Origin: Candidatus Melainabacteria bacterium 17Bon1m
GTDB lineage: Bacteria > Cyanobacteriota > Vampirovibrionia > Obscuribacterales > Obscuribacteraceae
Assembly (NCBI GenBank): GCA_032128875.1
Contig: JAVLKG010000001.1
Span: forward strand, 416,001 to 480,000
Length of the DNA stretch: 64,000 bases
Direction of reading: 5' to 3'
Below, piece by piece: positions 27,763 through 37,783 of the stretch (within the stretch, counting starts at the first letter, position 1; the number at the start of each line of letters is the position of its first letter). Both the position numbers and the translations under genes were made by a program. The notes beneath the pieces were generated by a model. The model had not been told where the DNA came from and did no database searches. It worked only from the letters and a program-made list of their open reading frames with translations.

Positions 27763-29064
27763 ATGAGCGACGTCGAAAAGAAGATCATTCAAATACCGGA
27801 AATTACCCGAGTAGAAGGTCATGCTGCTGTCGAAATAGACATTGAAGACGGTAATGTGAAAGACGTACGGCTTGACGTCTTTGAAGGTACGCGTTTTTTC
27901 GAGCGCATTGTTCTCGGCCATAAATACGACGAACTTGCGCATATAACATCGCGTGTTTGTGCCATATGTTCCACAGGGCACGTGCTTGCCGCCATATTTG
28001 CAGTAGAGCGGATCTTTTCTTTTACTCCAACTCCCATTGAAACGAAATTGCGCGAACTAATGCACTTGGGCATGATTATTGAATCGCATGCCACTCATGT
28101 TTGCGCTCTGGCCTTGCCCGACTTTTTAAAAACTCCTGATCTTGCATCTTTTGCCGGACAGCATAAAGAGAAATTTCTTCTCTGGACTCATCTGCGCAAT
28201 CTTGGCGCGGAAATTCAAACTGCTGTAGGAGGAAGACCTTTCCATCCAGTCAATTTGCATGTCTCAGGTTTGTCAAAAATTCCCTCAACCGCTTCATTAG
28301 AAGGTGTCAAAGCAGACCTTAAACGCTCGTTGGACGAAGCGATTTTACTGGCGGAACTGGTTTTATCTTTTGCGCCACCGGTAGAAAGACTGACGGAGCC
28401 ATATTTTTTAGCGCTCATTCCACACGACGACAAATACGGATACTTTGGCGAGACTATACAGTCGAGTGAAGGATGGCAGAGATCTTGCCAGGAATACAAA
28501 GAGTATCTGGACGAGCAGGTCGTTGAATATAGCCATGCGAAACGCTCACTGGTGAAAGGAAAGCCTGTGATGGTCGGTGCAATGGCCCGGTTGGCACTGT
28601 TTGGTAAAAGGCTTACAAGAGAAGCTCTGAATGTCTATCAGGAGACACCACTCTTCAAAGGCGACAGTAATTCCATATGGAACAATGCCGCCCAAGCAAT
28701 TGAAATAATCCAGGCAATCGAAAGAGCAATTGAAATCGTCGATGAAGTCGAGGCTCTTAAGAAAGAACAGTCTGCCGAGAAGAAGCCGCTCGAAATTGTT
28801 GCGGGAAGTGCCACTGGCGCCGTCGAATGTCCTCGCGGCACGCTTTATCACTATTACGAAATCGACGAAAACGGCGTCATTCGTGCGGCAGACATGATCA
28901 CGCCATCGGCGCAAAATACTGCCCGAATCGAACTGGACATCAAAGAAGTGGTCAGTCAAAGCAAAGAAAAAGAAATGCTCGGACCACATCTCGAAACGCT
29001 CGTAAGAGCCTATGATCCGTGCAACACCTGTGCCACCCACATGGTGGCAATCAACTGGAAGTAA
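27763..29064 (+). CDS. hyhL: Group 3b [NiFe]-hydrogenase large (alpha) subunit
   Basis: TRVEGH, L1 RVCAIC, PRG.L.H, L2 DPCNTCATH with a cleavable C-terminal tail. Confidence 0.95.
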   Translation: MSDVEKKIIQIPEITRVEGHAAVEIDIEDGNVKDVRLDVFEGTRFFERIVLGHKYDELAHITSRVCAICSTGHVLAAIFAVERIFSFTPTPIETKLRELMHLGMIIESHATHVCALALPDFLKTPDLASFAGQHKEKFLLWTHLRNLGAEIQTAVGGRPFHPVNLHVSGLSKIPSTASLEGVKADLKRSLDEAILLAELVLSFAPPVERLTEPYFLALIPHDDKYGYFGETIQSSEGWQRSCQEYKEYLDEQVVEYSHAKRSLVKGKPVMVGAMARLALFGKRLTREALNVYQETPLFKGDSNSIWNNAAQAIEIIQAIERAIEIVDEVEALKKEQSAEKKPLEIVAGSATGAVECPRGTLYHYYEIDENGVIRAADMITPSAQNTARIELDIKEVVSQSKEKEMLGPHLETLVRAYDPCNTCATHMVAINWK

Positions 29065-29080
29065 TTAGAGGGGGTAAGAA

Positions 29081-30400
29081 ATGCTGCAGGAAACTCAGGA
29101 AAGAGGTTCTTGGATTAATGACTATCGAAGGAAAGTAGTCTCAGTCGATGAGGCTATGAAAGCAGTCAACTCTCTCGATCGCGTCTATGTTCATTCCAAT
29201 GCTGCAGCGCCTCAAGTTCTGCTTGAGGGGCTTGTCAGACGTGCTGACCAACTAACCGGTGTCAAAATCTATCAGCTTCTCACGCTTGGCAAGGCTGACT
29301 ATGCGCTGGCTAAATACAGCAATTCATTTTCCGTTAACTCATTTTTCATCGGAGCCAATGTCAGAGAAGCTGTCAACGCAGGACGAGCGGATTATATACC
29401 TGTTTTCTTGAGTGAAATACCGGGCTTATTCATGTCAGGTGAGATTCCACTCGATGTTTGCCTCCTGCAAGTATCCCCGCCCGATGCCCACGGGTTTTGC
29501 AGCTATGGAGTATCTGTTGATTGCACCATTGCGGCGCGAAAGAAATCGCGCCTAGTAATTGCTGAAATAAATAAACAGATGCCGCGCACTCTTGGCCGCT
29601 CGTTCGTTCATGTTTCGCGCCTCGATCACATTGTCGAGACAGACCATCCTCTTCCTGAACTCGCCTCGGAGACCGGCACAGCTGTCGAGCGCGCCATCGG
29701 TGCGAATGTTGCCACACTGATCGAAGACGGCGCCACTCTGCAGCTCGGCATTGGAGCAATTCCCAACGCTGTTCTTGCCAATCTGCATGAGAAGCGAAAT
29801 CTCGGCGTGCACAGTGAAATGTTATCTGATGGAGTCATTGATTTGATTGAAAGAGGCGTTGTCACCAACGATGCAAAAACTGTATTGCCAGGAAAAGTGG
29901 CAGTCTCCTTTGTGATGGGAAGCAAGCGCCTTTATGACTTTGTCGACAATAACCCGCTGGTTGAATTTCAGACCAGCGATTATATTAACGACCCGTTTGT
30001 GATATCACAAAACTACAAAATGACGGCCGTCAATTCCGCATTGCAAGTCGATGTAACAGGTCAAATTGCTGCCGACACCATAGGCAATGTTTTGTACAGC
30101 GGCTTTGGCGGACAAGTAGATTTCATTCGCGGGGCTGCCCGTGCCAAAGACGGAAAGGCAATTATCGCACTGCCTTCGACCGCCAAGGGTGGCAAGATAT
30201 CTCGCATCAGCGCCATGCTAAATCCAGCTTCAGGAGTGGTGACATCACGCGCCGACGTTCACTATGTAGTCACCGAATATGGTATTGCGCAATTGAGTGG
30301 AAAAACTTTGAAAGAAAGAGCGAAGGCGCTCATCTCAATAGCTCATCCTGATTTCAGGACCGAGATTGCTAGTCAGTGCGCAGCATATTCCTGGTATTGA
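29081..30400 (+). CDS. Acetyl-CoA hydrolase/transferase (4-hydroxybutyrate CoA-transferase-like)
   Basis: LQLGIGAIP, HSEM (catalytic Glu), SG.GGQVDF.RGA, VVTEYG, IAHPDFR. Confidence 0.92.
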   Translation: MLQETQERGSWINDYRRKVVSVDEAMKAVNSLDRVYVHSNAAAPQVLLEGLVRRADQLTGVKIYQLLTLGKADYALAKYSNSFSVNSFFIGANVREAVNAGRADYIPVFLSEIPGLFMSGEIPLDVCLLQVSPPDAHGFCSYGVSVDCTIAARKKSRLVIAEINKQMPRTLGRSFVHVSRLDHIVETDHPLPELASETGTAVERAIGANVATLIEDGATLQLGIGAIPNAVLANLHEKRNLGVHSEMLSDGVIDLIERGVVTNDAKTVLPGKVAVSFVMGSKRLYDFVDNNPLVEFQTSDYINDPFVISQNYKMTAVNSALQVDVTGQIAADTIGNVLYSGFGGQVDFIRGAARAKDGKAIIALPSTAKGGKISRISAMLNPASGVVTSRADVHYVVTEYGIAQLSGKTLKERAKALISIAHPDFRTEIASQCAAYSWY

Positions 30401-30409
30401 TTTTATTCA

Positions 30410-31801
30410 TCAAAGCTCGATTACGTCACCAATAGATGGCACGTCTGCTTTGACTTGAAAGCTTTCTTCTACCTTGAAGCGCAATTCATTGAGCTGATGC
30501 GGCTCTCCATGCGTGAGAAACAACTTGGTCTTGTGCCGTGCCAGAGGCTCCAGCCAGCGAAGCAGATCGTTTTGTCCGGCATGTGCGCTGAATCCTTGCA
30601 CAGACTTTATTTTCGCCCGTACAAAAACAGTCTGCCCCATTATCTTGACTGGATTTGCACCATCTATTAGTCGGCGCCCAAAAGATTCCCTAGCTTGATA
30701 GCCGACAATCAGAACAAGAGTATTCGGCAGACCGAGATTGTGCCTCAGATGGTGTAGTATGCGCCCTGCATCGCACATGCCGGCGCCGGCCATGATAAGG
30801 CAGGGACCCTCCACGTCGTTGAGAGCCTGTGATTCCAAGGCTGTGGTGCACAATTTCAAATTTGGCAGGTAATGATAGATATTGTCGCCCGAAAAAAAAT
30901 CTCTTGCGTCTTCGTCCAATAGATCGGTATGTCGAGAGTAAATCTGTGTGGCAGCAAGCGCCATGGGACTGTCGAGATAGACAGGTATTCGCTTCAATTC
31001 CCCTTTTCTGAAAAGGTCGAACAAATGAAACAACAGTTGTTGTGTTCGTCCAACAGCAAATGTCGGAACTAAAATTTTTCCTTTATTTTCAATTGCTTCA
31101 TTTATGCAATTCCTCAGCTCGGCTACTGTTTCTTCGTAGGGGGGATGGTTTCTTCCACCGTAGGTTGACTCCATAAAGACAGCATCTGCTCGGTCTATCT
31201 CCGCTGGATCGCGATTAAGAGGAATATCCCACTGCCCTAGATCTCCCGAAAATATAAGTCTTCGTTTGCCGCCGTTTTGACCAGCCACCATAATGACGCT
31301 TGAGGAGCCAAGAATATGCCCTGCTTCTACAAGTTCTACATTAGTCTCAGGCGCGACAGGAAACCATTTATTGTATTTTTGGGGAGAAAACAGTTTGAAC
31401 ACGCGCTCAACATCACTCAGATTGAACAATGGTTTTACTGCTTGTTGCCCTGCTTTTGCCCTTTTCCTGTTTTCTCTATCCGTATCGTCAACTTGTATTT
31501 TCGCCGCATCTGTAAGTATCAATCGCGCGATGTCCAGAGTCGCGTCTGTTCCGTAAATTTTCCTTTGAAATCCGTTTTTTACAAGAAGAGGTAAACGCCC
31601 GCAATGATCCAGGTGTCCGTGCGTTAACACCACGGCATCAAGCTCTTTGGGCTTGATAGATGCAGGAATGAAGTTTAAGCGCTCCAGGTGCTTTGAGCCT
31701 TGAAACATACCGCAGTCAACGAGCAATCGCGCATTGCCTGTCTCAATGAGATAGCAAGATCCCGTTACTTCGTTTGCGGCTCCATGCAGAGTTACAAACA
31801 T
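30410..31801 (-). CDS. MBL-fold beta-CASP ribonuclease
   Basis: GA..EVTGS, DCG, THGHLDH, AGHILGS, FSGD, ESTYG, FAVGR.Q, FSAHA, HGE. Confidence 0.92.
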   Translation of the reverse strand: MFVTLHGAANEVTGSCYLIETGNARLLVDCGMFQGSKHLERLNFIPASIKPKELDAVVLTHGHLDHCGRLPLLVKNGFQRKIYGTDATLDIARLILTDAAKIQVDDTDRENRKRAKAGQQAVKPLFNLSDVERVFKLFSPQKYNKWFPVAPETNVELVEAGHILGSSSVIMVAGQNGGKRRLIFSGDLGQWDIPLNRDPAEIDRADAVFMESTYGGRNHPPYEETVAELRNCINEAIENKGKILVPTFAVGRTQQLLFHLFDLFRKGELKRIPVYLDSPMALAATQIYSRHTDLLDEDARDFFSGDNIYHYLPNLKLCTTALESQALNDVEGPCLIMAGAGMCDAGRILHHLRHNLGLPNTLVLIVGYQARESFGRRLIDGANPVKIMGQTVFVRAKIKSVQGFSAHAGQNDLLRWLEPLARHKTKLFLTHGEPHQLNELRFKVEESFQVKADVPSIGDVIEL

Positions 31802-31806
31802 CTTCT

Positions 31807-32508
31807 TTATTTGAGGCTCGATAGATATTCGGCAATACTATCAATGTCTTTCTCACTCAGTGATGAAGGCGGCATAATCAGACCCCGTTCTCCATACTCT
31901 CTGCCGCTCTTTCCTAAAAGAAGCTCTGCATTGGATATACTCTCAGCCAGATAGTCCTTTTCATGCCGTGAGCCTATACCGTCAAAGGCTGGAGCGAATT
32001 GCCCTCCGAAACCTCCAAATGAATGACACATCAGGCAACCTCTTTCATACACCAATTTTTTTCCTTCGCTAACAAGTTTTGCCTTATCTTGAACGGCAGA
32101 TTCTGTGCGTTTTACACTATTATTCTTTGCATGCGGCTTTACTTCATAGCCTTCGTGTATCGATGGCAGTGACGCCACGTAAGCTGCTAACTTCTTTGCA
32201 CTTGCTGCTGGAACACGTAAATGCGGCATTAGCTCTGCGTGTCCATATAAACGCAAAAACTCTTGCTTCATCTTTGGATCGTTGCTTATTCGCGACTCAA
32301 TGAAAGTCTTACTACGCCGCGAACCTTCTCCTGCCAGTACTGGTCCAAGGCAACCGCCGCTTTTCCCGTCGCTGTGGCAGTTTTGGCAACTGGCTTTGAA
32401 AAGCGCCCTGCCTTCGTTAAGTTCGCCTGTTCCCTTCCCGTACGAAGAATTACTGAAAAGTGCTGTCGTCAACATGGCAACTAAAAGCGAAAGAGCTCGA
32501 AACTTCAA
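31807..32508 (-). CDS. Diheme c-type cytochrome
   Basis: Signal peptide; CQNCH...MP and CLMCH...MP. Confidence 0.88.
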   Translation of the reverse strand: MKFRALSLLVAMLTTALFSNSSYGKGTGELNEGRALFKASCQNCHSDGKSGGCLGPVLAGEGSRRSKTFIESRISNDPKMKQEFLRLYGHAELMPHLRVPAASAKKLAAYVASLPSIHEGYEVKPHAKNNSVKRTESAVQDKAKLVSEGKKLVYERGCLMCHSFGGFGGQFAPAFDGIGSRHEKDYLAESISNAELLLGKSGREYGERGLIMPPSSLSEKDIDSIAEYLSSLK

Positions 32509-32566
32509 TTTTTTTCTCCATTTCTTTTCAGTACTCTGAACTAAATATTCCCAGTAACATCATCCT

Positions 32567-34264
32567 TCATTTTTGCTGCATGAGGGCTATCTGCTTTATT
32601 TCTTTGAGATTTAATTTCCCATTTGCCAGGACCGGAAGTGTGTCCACCTTTATAAAATCATCTGCGTTCGGTATCCACAGGTTCGGCAGTTTCCCTTGCC
32701 TTAACTCGTCGACGACCGTCTTCGGGTCTTTTGGCATATTCGAGTAAACAACCACCAGTCTTTCACCTCTTTTGTCATCAGGGACGGCAGTTACTGATAA
32801 ACTGCCTGGCTGGGCGCCTGCGACATCTAAAATGGCGTCCTCGACAACGATATGTGAAATCATCTCGCCGGCAATCTTGGAAAATTGGCTCAATCTACCG
32901 GTTATTGTTAGAAAGCCGTCTTCATCTAAAAAACCAATGTCTCCCGTGTTAAACCAGTCATCTTTTATTGCCTTTGCAGTTGCTTGAGGCTGTTTCAGAT
33001 AACCCAGCATGACCTGCGGTCCTTTGACGCTTATTAAACCTGCTTGTCCTTGTTTGAGTTCTGCACCAGTATTCACGTCAGTAATTCTTATGGCTGTTCC
33101 TGGAATGGGCAAACCGACGGTGCCTATTCTGTTTCCTTCGATTACTCTGCCGTCGGCGGTAGTAACATGATTTGGCACATTGCATGCCACCACCGGCGAT
33201 GTCTCTGCCAGCCCATAGCCTTGAATCGGCGCAAATCCTAGAAATTGCTCGATTTCGTGGCTCTGCTGAAGACTGAGTTTTTCGCCGCCAACAATGCAAT
33301 TACGCAGCGAGCTGAATTGCTCCTTCTTTAGTCGTCGGGCAAAGATATTCATCATCGTTGGTGTGCAAACAAAGCAGGTAGCCTTGAAGGACTCGGATAA
33401 TTCTCCAACGCGACGCGCATCAAATGGGTCATAGTGGTACACCACAGTTTCTCCCAGGCAAAGCGGTGCCCACAGAGTCATTGTCAAGCCAAAGGAGTGA
33501 AAGAAAGGAATAATTCCGAGCAAGATTTCTCCGTTTTTGATTTGTCCCTGCTCTTTTATTGCTCTGATATTGGAAAGTATGTTCGAATGAGAAAGGACCA
33601 CCCCTTTCGGCTCGCTGGTAGAACCGGCCGTAAAAATTACGACGGCTGGGTCATTTATCTTTCCTTCTTTTCCCGGAAAGATAGATTTCTTGCGTAATCC
33701 CAGTTCTTCTAAATTTATCCTGTGATTGTCAGACAGTCCATGTAAGAATTCACCTACAAGCGACTCCGGCAAAAAATTTGATTCTGTTGCCGACTTTAGT
33801 TTCGTAAGAAAGTCAGCCTCCTTTTCCACTGATTCAATAAAAATCAATTTTGCATTGTATTCAAGGTTGATCTTCCGTGCCGCTGGCTTGGCTGTGATTA
33901 TGTGCTTTATTCCGCAGGATTCTATGTAATGGTCGAATGCCTTTTGACCAGCTGTGTAATTTAGATTCACCGCTACTTTGCCAAGAAGGCTAACAGCAAG
34001 ATTGGCAATTACGGACCCTGCTGAGGGGGGCAACATTATTCCGACGCAAACAGTAGAATTCAGAGTCTTCTTCAACAAATTTGCAAGGGCAATCGCTCGA
34101 ACGAGTAATTGACCATAGGTCAGCTTGAAGCCTAAAGAGTCGCACACTGCAAGTGCGTGCGGCTGCAACCGTGCTTGATGGAAAAACGCTTGTGGTAGAG
34201 AGTTTGCCTGAATTGATTGATCAAGCGAAAAGTGTTTGAATTTGTATGCTGGTTTAATTAGCAT
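32567..34264 (-). CDS. AMP-binding acyl-ACP/acyl-CoA synthetase (Aas C-terminal-like)
   Basis: LNYT, IFTAGSTSEPKGV, PFFHSFG, GYGLAETSP, TGDIG, GR..FSKIAGEM, GK. Confidence 0.9.
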   Translation of the reverse strand: MLIKPAYKFKHFSLDQSIQANSLPQAFFHQARLQPHALAVCDSLGFKLTYGQLLVRAIALANLLKKTLNSTVCVGIMLPPSAGSVIANLAVSLLGKVAVNLNYTAGQKAFDHYIESCGIKHIITAKPAARKINLEYNAKLIFIESVEKEADFLTKLKSATESNFLPESLVGEFLHGLSDNHRINLEELGLRKKSIFPGKEGKINDPAVVIFTAGSTSEPKGVVLSHSNILSNIRAIKEQGQIKNGEILLGIIPFFHSFGLTMTLWAPLCLGETVVYHYDPFDARRVGELSESFKATCFVCTPTMMNIFARRLKKEQFSSLRNCIVGGEKLSLQQSHEIEQFLGFAPIQGYGLAETSPVVACNVPNHVTTADGRVIEGNRIGTVGLPIPGTAIRITDVNTGAELKQGQAGLISVKGPQVMLGYLKQPQATAKAIKDDWFNTGDIGFLDEDGFLTITGRLSQFSKIAGEMISHIVVEDAILDVAGAQPGSLSVTAVPDDKRGERLVVVYSNMPKDPKTVVDELRQGKLPNLWIPNADDFIKVDTLPVLANGKLNLKEIKQIALMQQK

Positions 34265-35096
34265 GGGCTGAGACAGACTTCTTGTGTTTTTGTTTGGGTT
34301 TGTTGTTGCTGAAGAAAAGCAGCGTTGCCAGACCTGTAAAACATCCAGGAAATGTCAAACTTGGATTTAGTTTCCATGCCAGAGATCCTCCTGCCAGCAG
34401 CGCCGAATATGACGGTGCATGAGCGAACAATCGCTGGATTTTACTAATTTTCGCAATGCTGACGATCTCTATATCCTTCGAATTTTCAAGATCCGAATAG
34501 AGAATCGCAGGTTTGCCGAAAACCTGACTCACATGCAGTTCGATCGCATTCGGCAACTGTTTTAGCGTTTCATATATTAGCTGTGTGCAGTAAAACGAAT
34601 TCGTTTTTGTCAGATCGAATTTGCTGTTGAAGGGCTTTCCGAGTTTGCCGCGCAAGAAGGAAAGAGCAGATTGAATGTCTGCCGAATCTTTGTAGCGAGG
34701 TCTCAATATGGCTATTTTGCTGGCTTTGAGAAACTCATCCACGTCTACTACCGAGACATAAGGTTTTGAGCCGATGTCTATCACTTCATTCGAGCCGGCG
34801 TACACGCCGGAATGAATCCAGTACGATTTGAAGACGCTGGCACTTAGTTGCGCGAGAAGGAATTTGCAGTCGTCCTTCAGCAAAATATCGCCTGCGGCCA
34901 ACTGTGCCTTCAAAGCCTCTCTGCTTTCTTCTGATAGATACGCATTAAGCGTTGGAAAACGAAGATTCATTTTTCTTGCCGCAACCAGGACATAGCCTCG
35001 TCTAAGACGTCTTTCTAAGCGCGATGGCAGTCTGCGTCGGACACTAGCCGGCATTGTTTTTGAGTCGTAACTAGAGTCCCGTTTGTCTTCAGTCAT
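34254..35096 (-). CDS. Permuted papain-like NlpC/P60 protein (YiiX/YebB-like) with C-terminal TM
   Basis: GDILL, WIHSGVY (His) preceding FYCTQL (Cys). Confidence 0.8.
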   Translation of the reverse strand: MTEDKRDSSYDSKTMPASVRRRLPSRLERRLRRGYVLVAARKMNLRFPTLNAYLSEESREALKAQLAAGDILLKDDCKFLLAQLSASVFKSYWIHSGVYAGSNEVIDIGSKPYVSVVDVDEFLKASKIAILRPRYKDSADIQSALSFLRGKLGKPFNSKFDLTKTNSFYCTQLIYETLKQLPNAIELHVSQVFGKPAILYSDLENSKDIEIVSIAKISKIQRLFAHAPSYSALLAGGSLAWKLNPSLTFPGCFTGLATLLFFSNNKPKQKHKKSVSAHAN

Positions 35097-35113
35097 GGCT
35101 TTCCAAACCCGCC

Positions 35114-35545
35114 CTACTTCAACGTTTGTAAGTACTCAACCAAGCTGTCGATTTCCCACTTCTCTAAATTCTGAGGCGGCATCAAATTTAAGTCGACATC
35201 GAATGATCCTTGCTGTTTGTCGAAGTGTTTGTCCGGGTCTTTAATATGCTCGCGTATGAAATCCTTCGACCGTTTGCTTGCAATGTTGTCCAGCGAATAA
35301 CCATTTTTGCAACCTTTGCCTTCGATGCTGTGGCAATCGAAGCACTGATAAGCTTTATAGAGCAATTTACCTTGTTTGGCAGAGGGCTCAACCGGTTTGG
35401 AATGCCTTGACCGCTTGATTGTCTTAGCTGTTAGCGCCTTTGATTTCTGTGCATCAGCGCCCTCTGTCTGTTTTTGTCCTGCATAAACACCACTGACCGA
35501 CAAAAGAAGTAACGTAAAGGTAGCTGCCGTAAGTCTTTTAGACAA
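35114..35545 (-). CDS. Monoheme c-type cytochrome
   Basis: Signal peptide; CFDCH; MPP; start uncertain (TTG at 35545). Confidence 0.85.
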   Translation of the reverse strand: MSKRLTAATFTLLLLSVSGVYAGQKQTEGADAQKSKALTAKTIKRSRHSKPVEPSAKQGKLLYKAYQCFDCHSIEGKGCKNGYSLDNIASKRSKDFIREHIKDPDKHFDKQQGSFDVDLNLMPPQNLEKWEIDSLVEYLQTLK

Positions 35546-36452
35546 TGTAATGCACCTTTTTTTCTTTGACTTTCTGCTTTTGTGGAACAACTTCAACCGA
35601 GGACATTGAATGTACCGCAACGGCCTCGGACACGCTTCCTAGTATTAGTTTATCAATGCCCCGCCGACCATGTGAACCAAGGATAACAAGGTCCGCCTCC
35701 CATTCCTTGGCCTTTTCTATCAATTCAGTTTTGGCATCGCCTCTCAGCATCTCCGCGTGGGCTGACTTGTTGCCAAATCTATCATTGAGTTTTACTTCAG
35801 CAGCGTCAAGCCAGCTTGTTCTCTGTGCCACCATCGCATCATAATGCAATTTCATGCTCTTCATTGCTTCGGCGCCCAGGTGAGTGAGCAGCGGACCAGG
35901 TCTCTCCGGTACGACGTTGATGCATTTAAATGTTGTATTTACCGGCCAGTTTGAAGACAAAACATGCTCGACGAGCTTATCGGCGTTGTCTTTGTCGTCC
36001 ATGGCGATAATCACTCTGTTGTCTTCTTTATTTCCAGCCCGTTCCTTCTTTCTTACAACTCGCACTGCACAGCAAGCCTCAAGCAGGATTCTCCTGGATA
36101 CGCTGCCTAATATCAGATAAGTCAAGCCTGAGCGTCCACGGGTGCCTACCATTACTAAATCCGGCTTCCATTCTTGACTCGTACGCAGTATTTCGTCGGC
36201 CGCAAAGCCATCAGGCACAGAACCGGTTACGGTCGCATCAGAATGAGCCTCGCGTAATTTATCGACAGCATGATGGACGAGTCTTTCAGATTCAGCGACA
36301 ACGTGTTCTATAAGATCTACCGGCAAAGGATCGAGGAAGTCCAGGGCAGAAATAACCATAATCTCGCTGCCTTGTGGGAGCGGCATGGAAGCCGCTTCAT
36401 CGATCACTTGGTTGGATGAATCCGAACTGTCGATTCCGATCAAGAGTTTCAT
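35538..36452 (-). CDS. Tandem-domain universal stress protein
   Basis: Two USP motifs: VGTRGRSGL..LILGSVS and LGSHGRRGIDKLILGSVS. Confidence 0.92.
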   Translation of the reverse strand: MKLLIGIDSSDSSNQVIDEAASMPLPQGSEIMVISALDFLDPLPVDLIEHVVAESERLVHHAVDKLREAHSDATVTGSVPDGFAADEILRTSQEWKPDLVMVGTRGRSGLTYLILGSVSRRILLEACCAVRVVRKKERAGNKEDNRVIIAMDDKDNADKLVEHVLSSNWPVNTTFKCINVVPERPGPLLTHLGAEAMKSMKLHYDAMVAQRTSWLDAAEVKLNDRFGNKSAHAEMLRGDAKTELIEKAKEWEADLVILGSHGRRGIDKLILGSVSEAVAVHSMSSVEVVPQKQKVKEKKVHYIV

Positions 36453-36646
36453 TTCTTTGTACCTGCTTATGCTGGCTGTGCCACGAATTTCTTCATTGTT
36501 TCTTACTTTCTTGACTGACGTATCAGTCAAATTGACTAATCGAAAAGAGTTGTTGAAAGGACTAATGTTGACCTGAATCATCCTTGAGAACAATGTCCCT
36601 TTAGGCGCAAAGGTCACACAATTAGAAAACTACTTCTTTCAATTAG

Positions 36647-36865
36647 ATGACATTGAAGATGAAAACAAAAAGCGAACGCTCAAGTGATTCAGATGCGCAA
36701 AAGTGCGCGGCAGCACATTGCCACTGCGTTTGCCGCGACCGTGAATACTGCTCGAAGCGCTGCGAATCTGCCTGCGACGGTCAGGAAATATGCCGGTGCG
36801 AGCATTCTCTTTGCGCTGGCAAAGAGTGCTATTCGCCGGAGGAATCGGCAAAAGTTGTAAAGTAA
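36647..36865 (+). CDS. Metallothionein-like Cys/His-rich peptide
   Basis: 72 aa, 11 Cys and 3 His; CxxxxCxC...YCSxxC...CxCxHxxC; followed by a terminator. Confidence 0.65.
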   Translation: MTLKMKTKSERSSDSDAQKCAAAHCHCVCRDREYCSKRCESACDGQEICRCEHSLCAGKECYSPEESAKVVK

Positions 36866-36866
36866 A

Positions 36867-36890
36867 GAAGCCACCATTTATGGTGGCTTC
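36867..36890. terminator. Hairpin between convergent genes
   Basis: GAAGCCACCA-ttta-TGGTGGCTTC. Confidence 0.7.
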
Positions 36891-36918
36891 GCGTGGCTCA
36901 TTCAAAAGTATGAGCCAC

Positions 36919-37680
36919 TCAGACTATGCCGCGCCGCAGTGCATGTACCGCTGCTTGGGTTCTGTCGTCTACAGACAGCTTATTGAGAATGTTTCTGACG
37001 TGCGTTTTTGTTGTAGGCAGCGAAATAAAGAGCTTGTCTGAAATTTGCTGGTTGGACAGACCTTCGACAATCAACCCCAGCACTTCGAGCTCTCTTGTCG
37101 AAAGCGGTTCTACATACGGTCTGTCCGGTACATGACCTTCGTCCGGAGAATCTTTCTTTCCTGCATGGGCCGCCGGCTCTGCATCTTGGTTTTCTTCCCC
37201 GGTCGCTGCTTGCTCTTGGGAGGTATGTGACTGTTGCGAATACAACTTCAGAACTTTGCTGGCAATGGCGGTATCCAGCCAGGCATCGCCTGCCTTTACT
37301 GTGCGTATAGCCATGTAAAGACGCGAATCTTCGACGTCTTTCAAGCAATAACCGGATGCACCGGCAGTGAAAGAAGCCATAACATCCTGGTCATTATCAT
37401 GTTGCGTAAGCATGATGATTTTGGCGTTACTTCCGCTTTCCATAATCTTCTTCGACGCTTGAATGCCGTCCATTATCGGCATGCCTACATCCATCAAGAT
37501 TACGTCTGGTTTGAGCAAGGCAGCTTCTCGAACCGCTTCTTCTCCATTGGATGCCTCCCCGACAACAATTAAATCGCTTTCACGCTTCAAGACTGTTTTA
37601 ATACCAACCCGCGTCAGGGCGTGGTCTTCAACCAATAGAATGCGTATCGTCTTGCCTTCGTTTTTGCTTTCGTCCGTCAT
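36919..37680 (-). CDS. NarL/LuxR-family response regulator
   Basis: REC domain (VEDH, LMD, LT, LK) and LuxR HTH LSTRELEVL..GLSNQQI...T.KTHVRNIL.KL. Confidence 0.95.
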   Translation of the reverse strand: MTDESKNEGKTIRILLVEDHALTRVGIKTVLKRESDLIVVGEASNGEEAVREAALLKPDVILMDVGMPIMDGIQASKKIMESGSNAKIIMLTQHDNDQDVMASFTAGASGYCLKDVEDSRLYMAIRTVKAGDAWLDTAIASKVLKLYSQQSHTSQEQAATGEENQDAEPAAHAGKKDSPDEGHVPDRPYVEPLSTRELEVLGLIVEGLSNQQISDKLFISLPTTKTHVRNILNKLSVDDRTQAAVHALRRGIV

Positions 37681-37783
37681 ATTTTAATTTCCAAGCCGGG
37701 ACGTAATTATATATACTCCCAAATCGAAGCAGTAGTCTGCTTGACGACTGGCGTGTGACCGAATAAATACTGTGGGCTTGACA

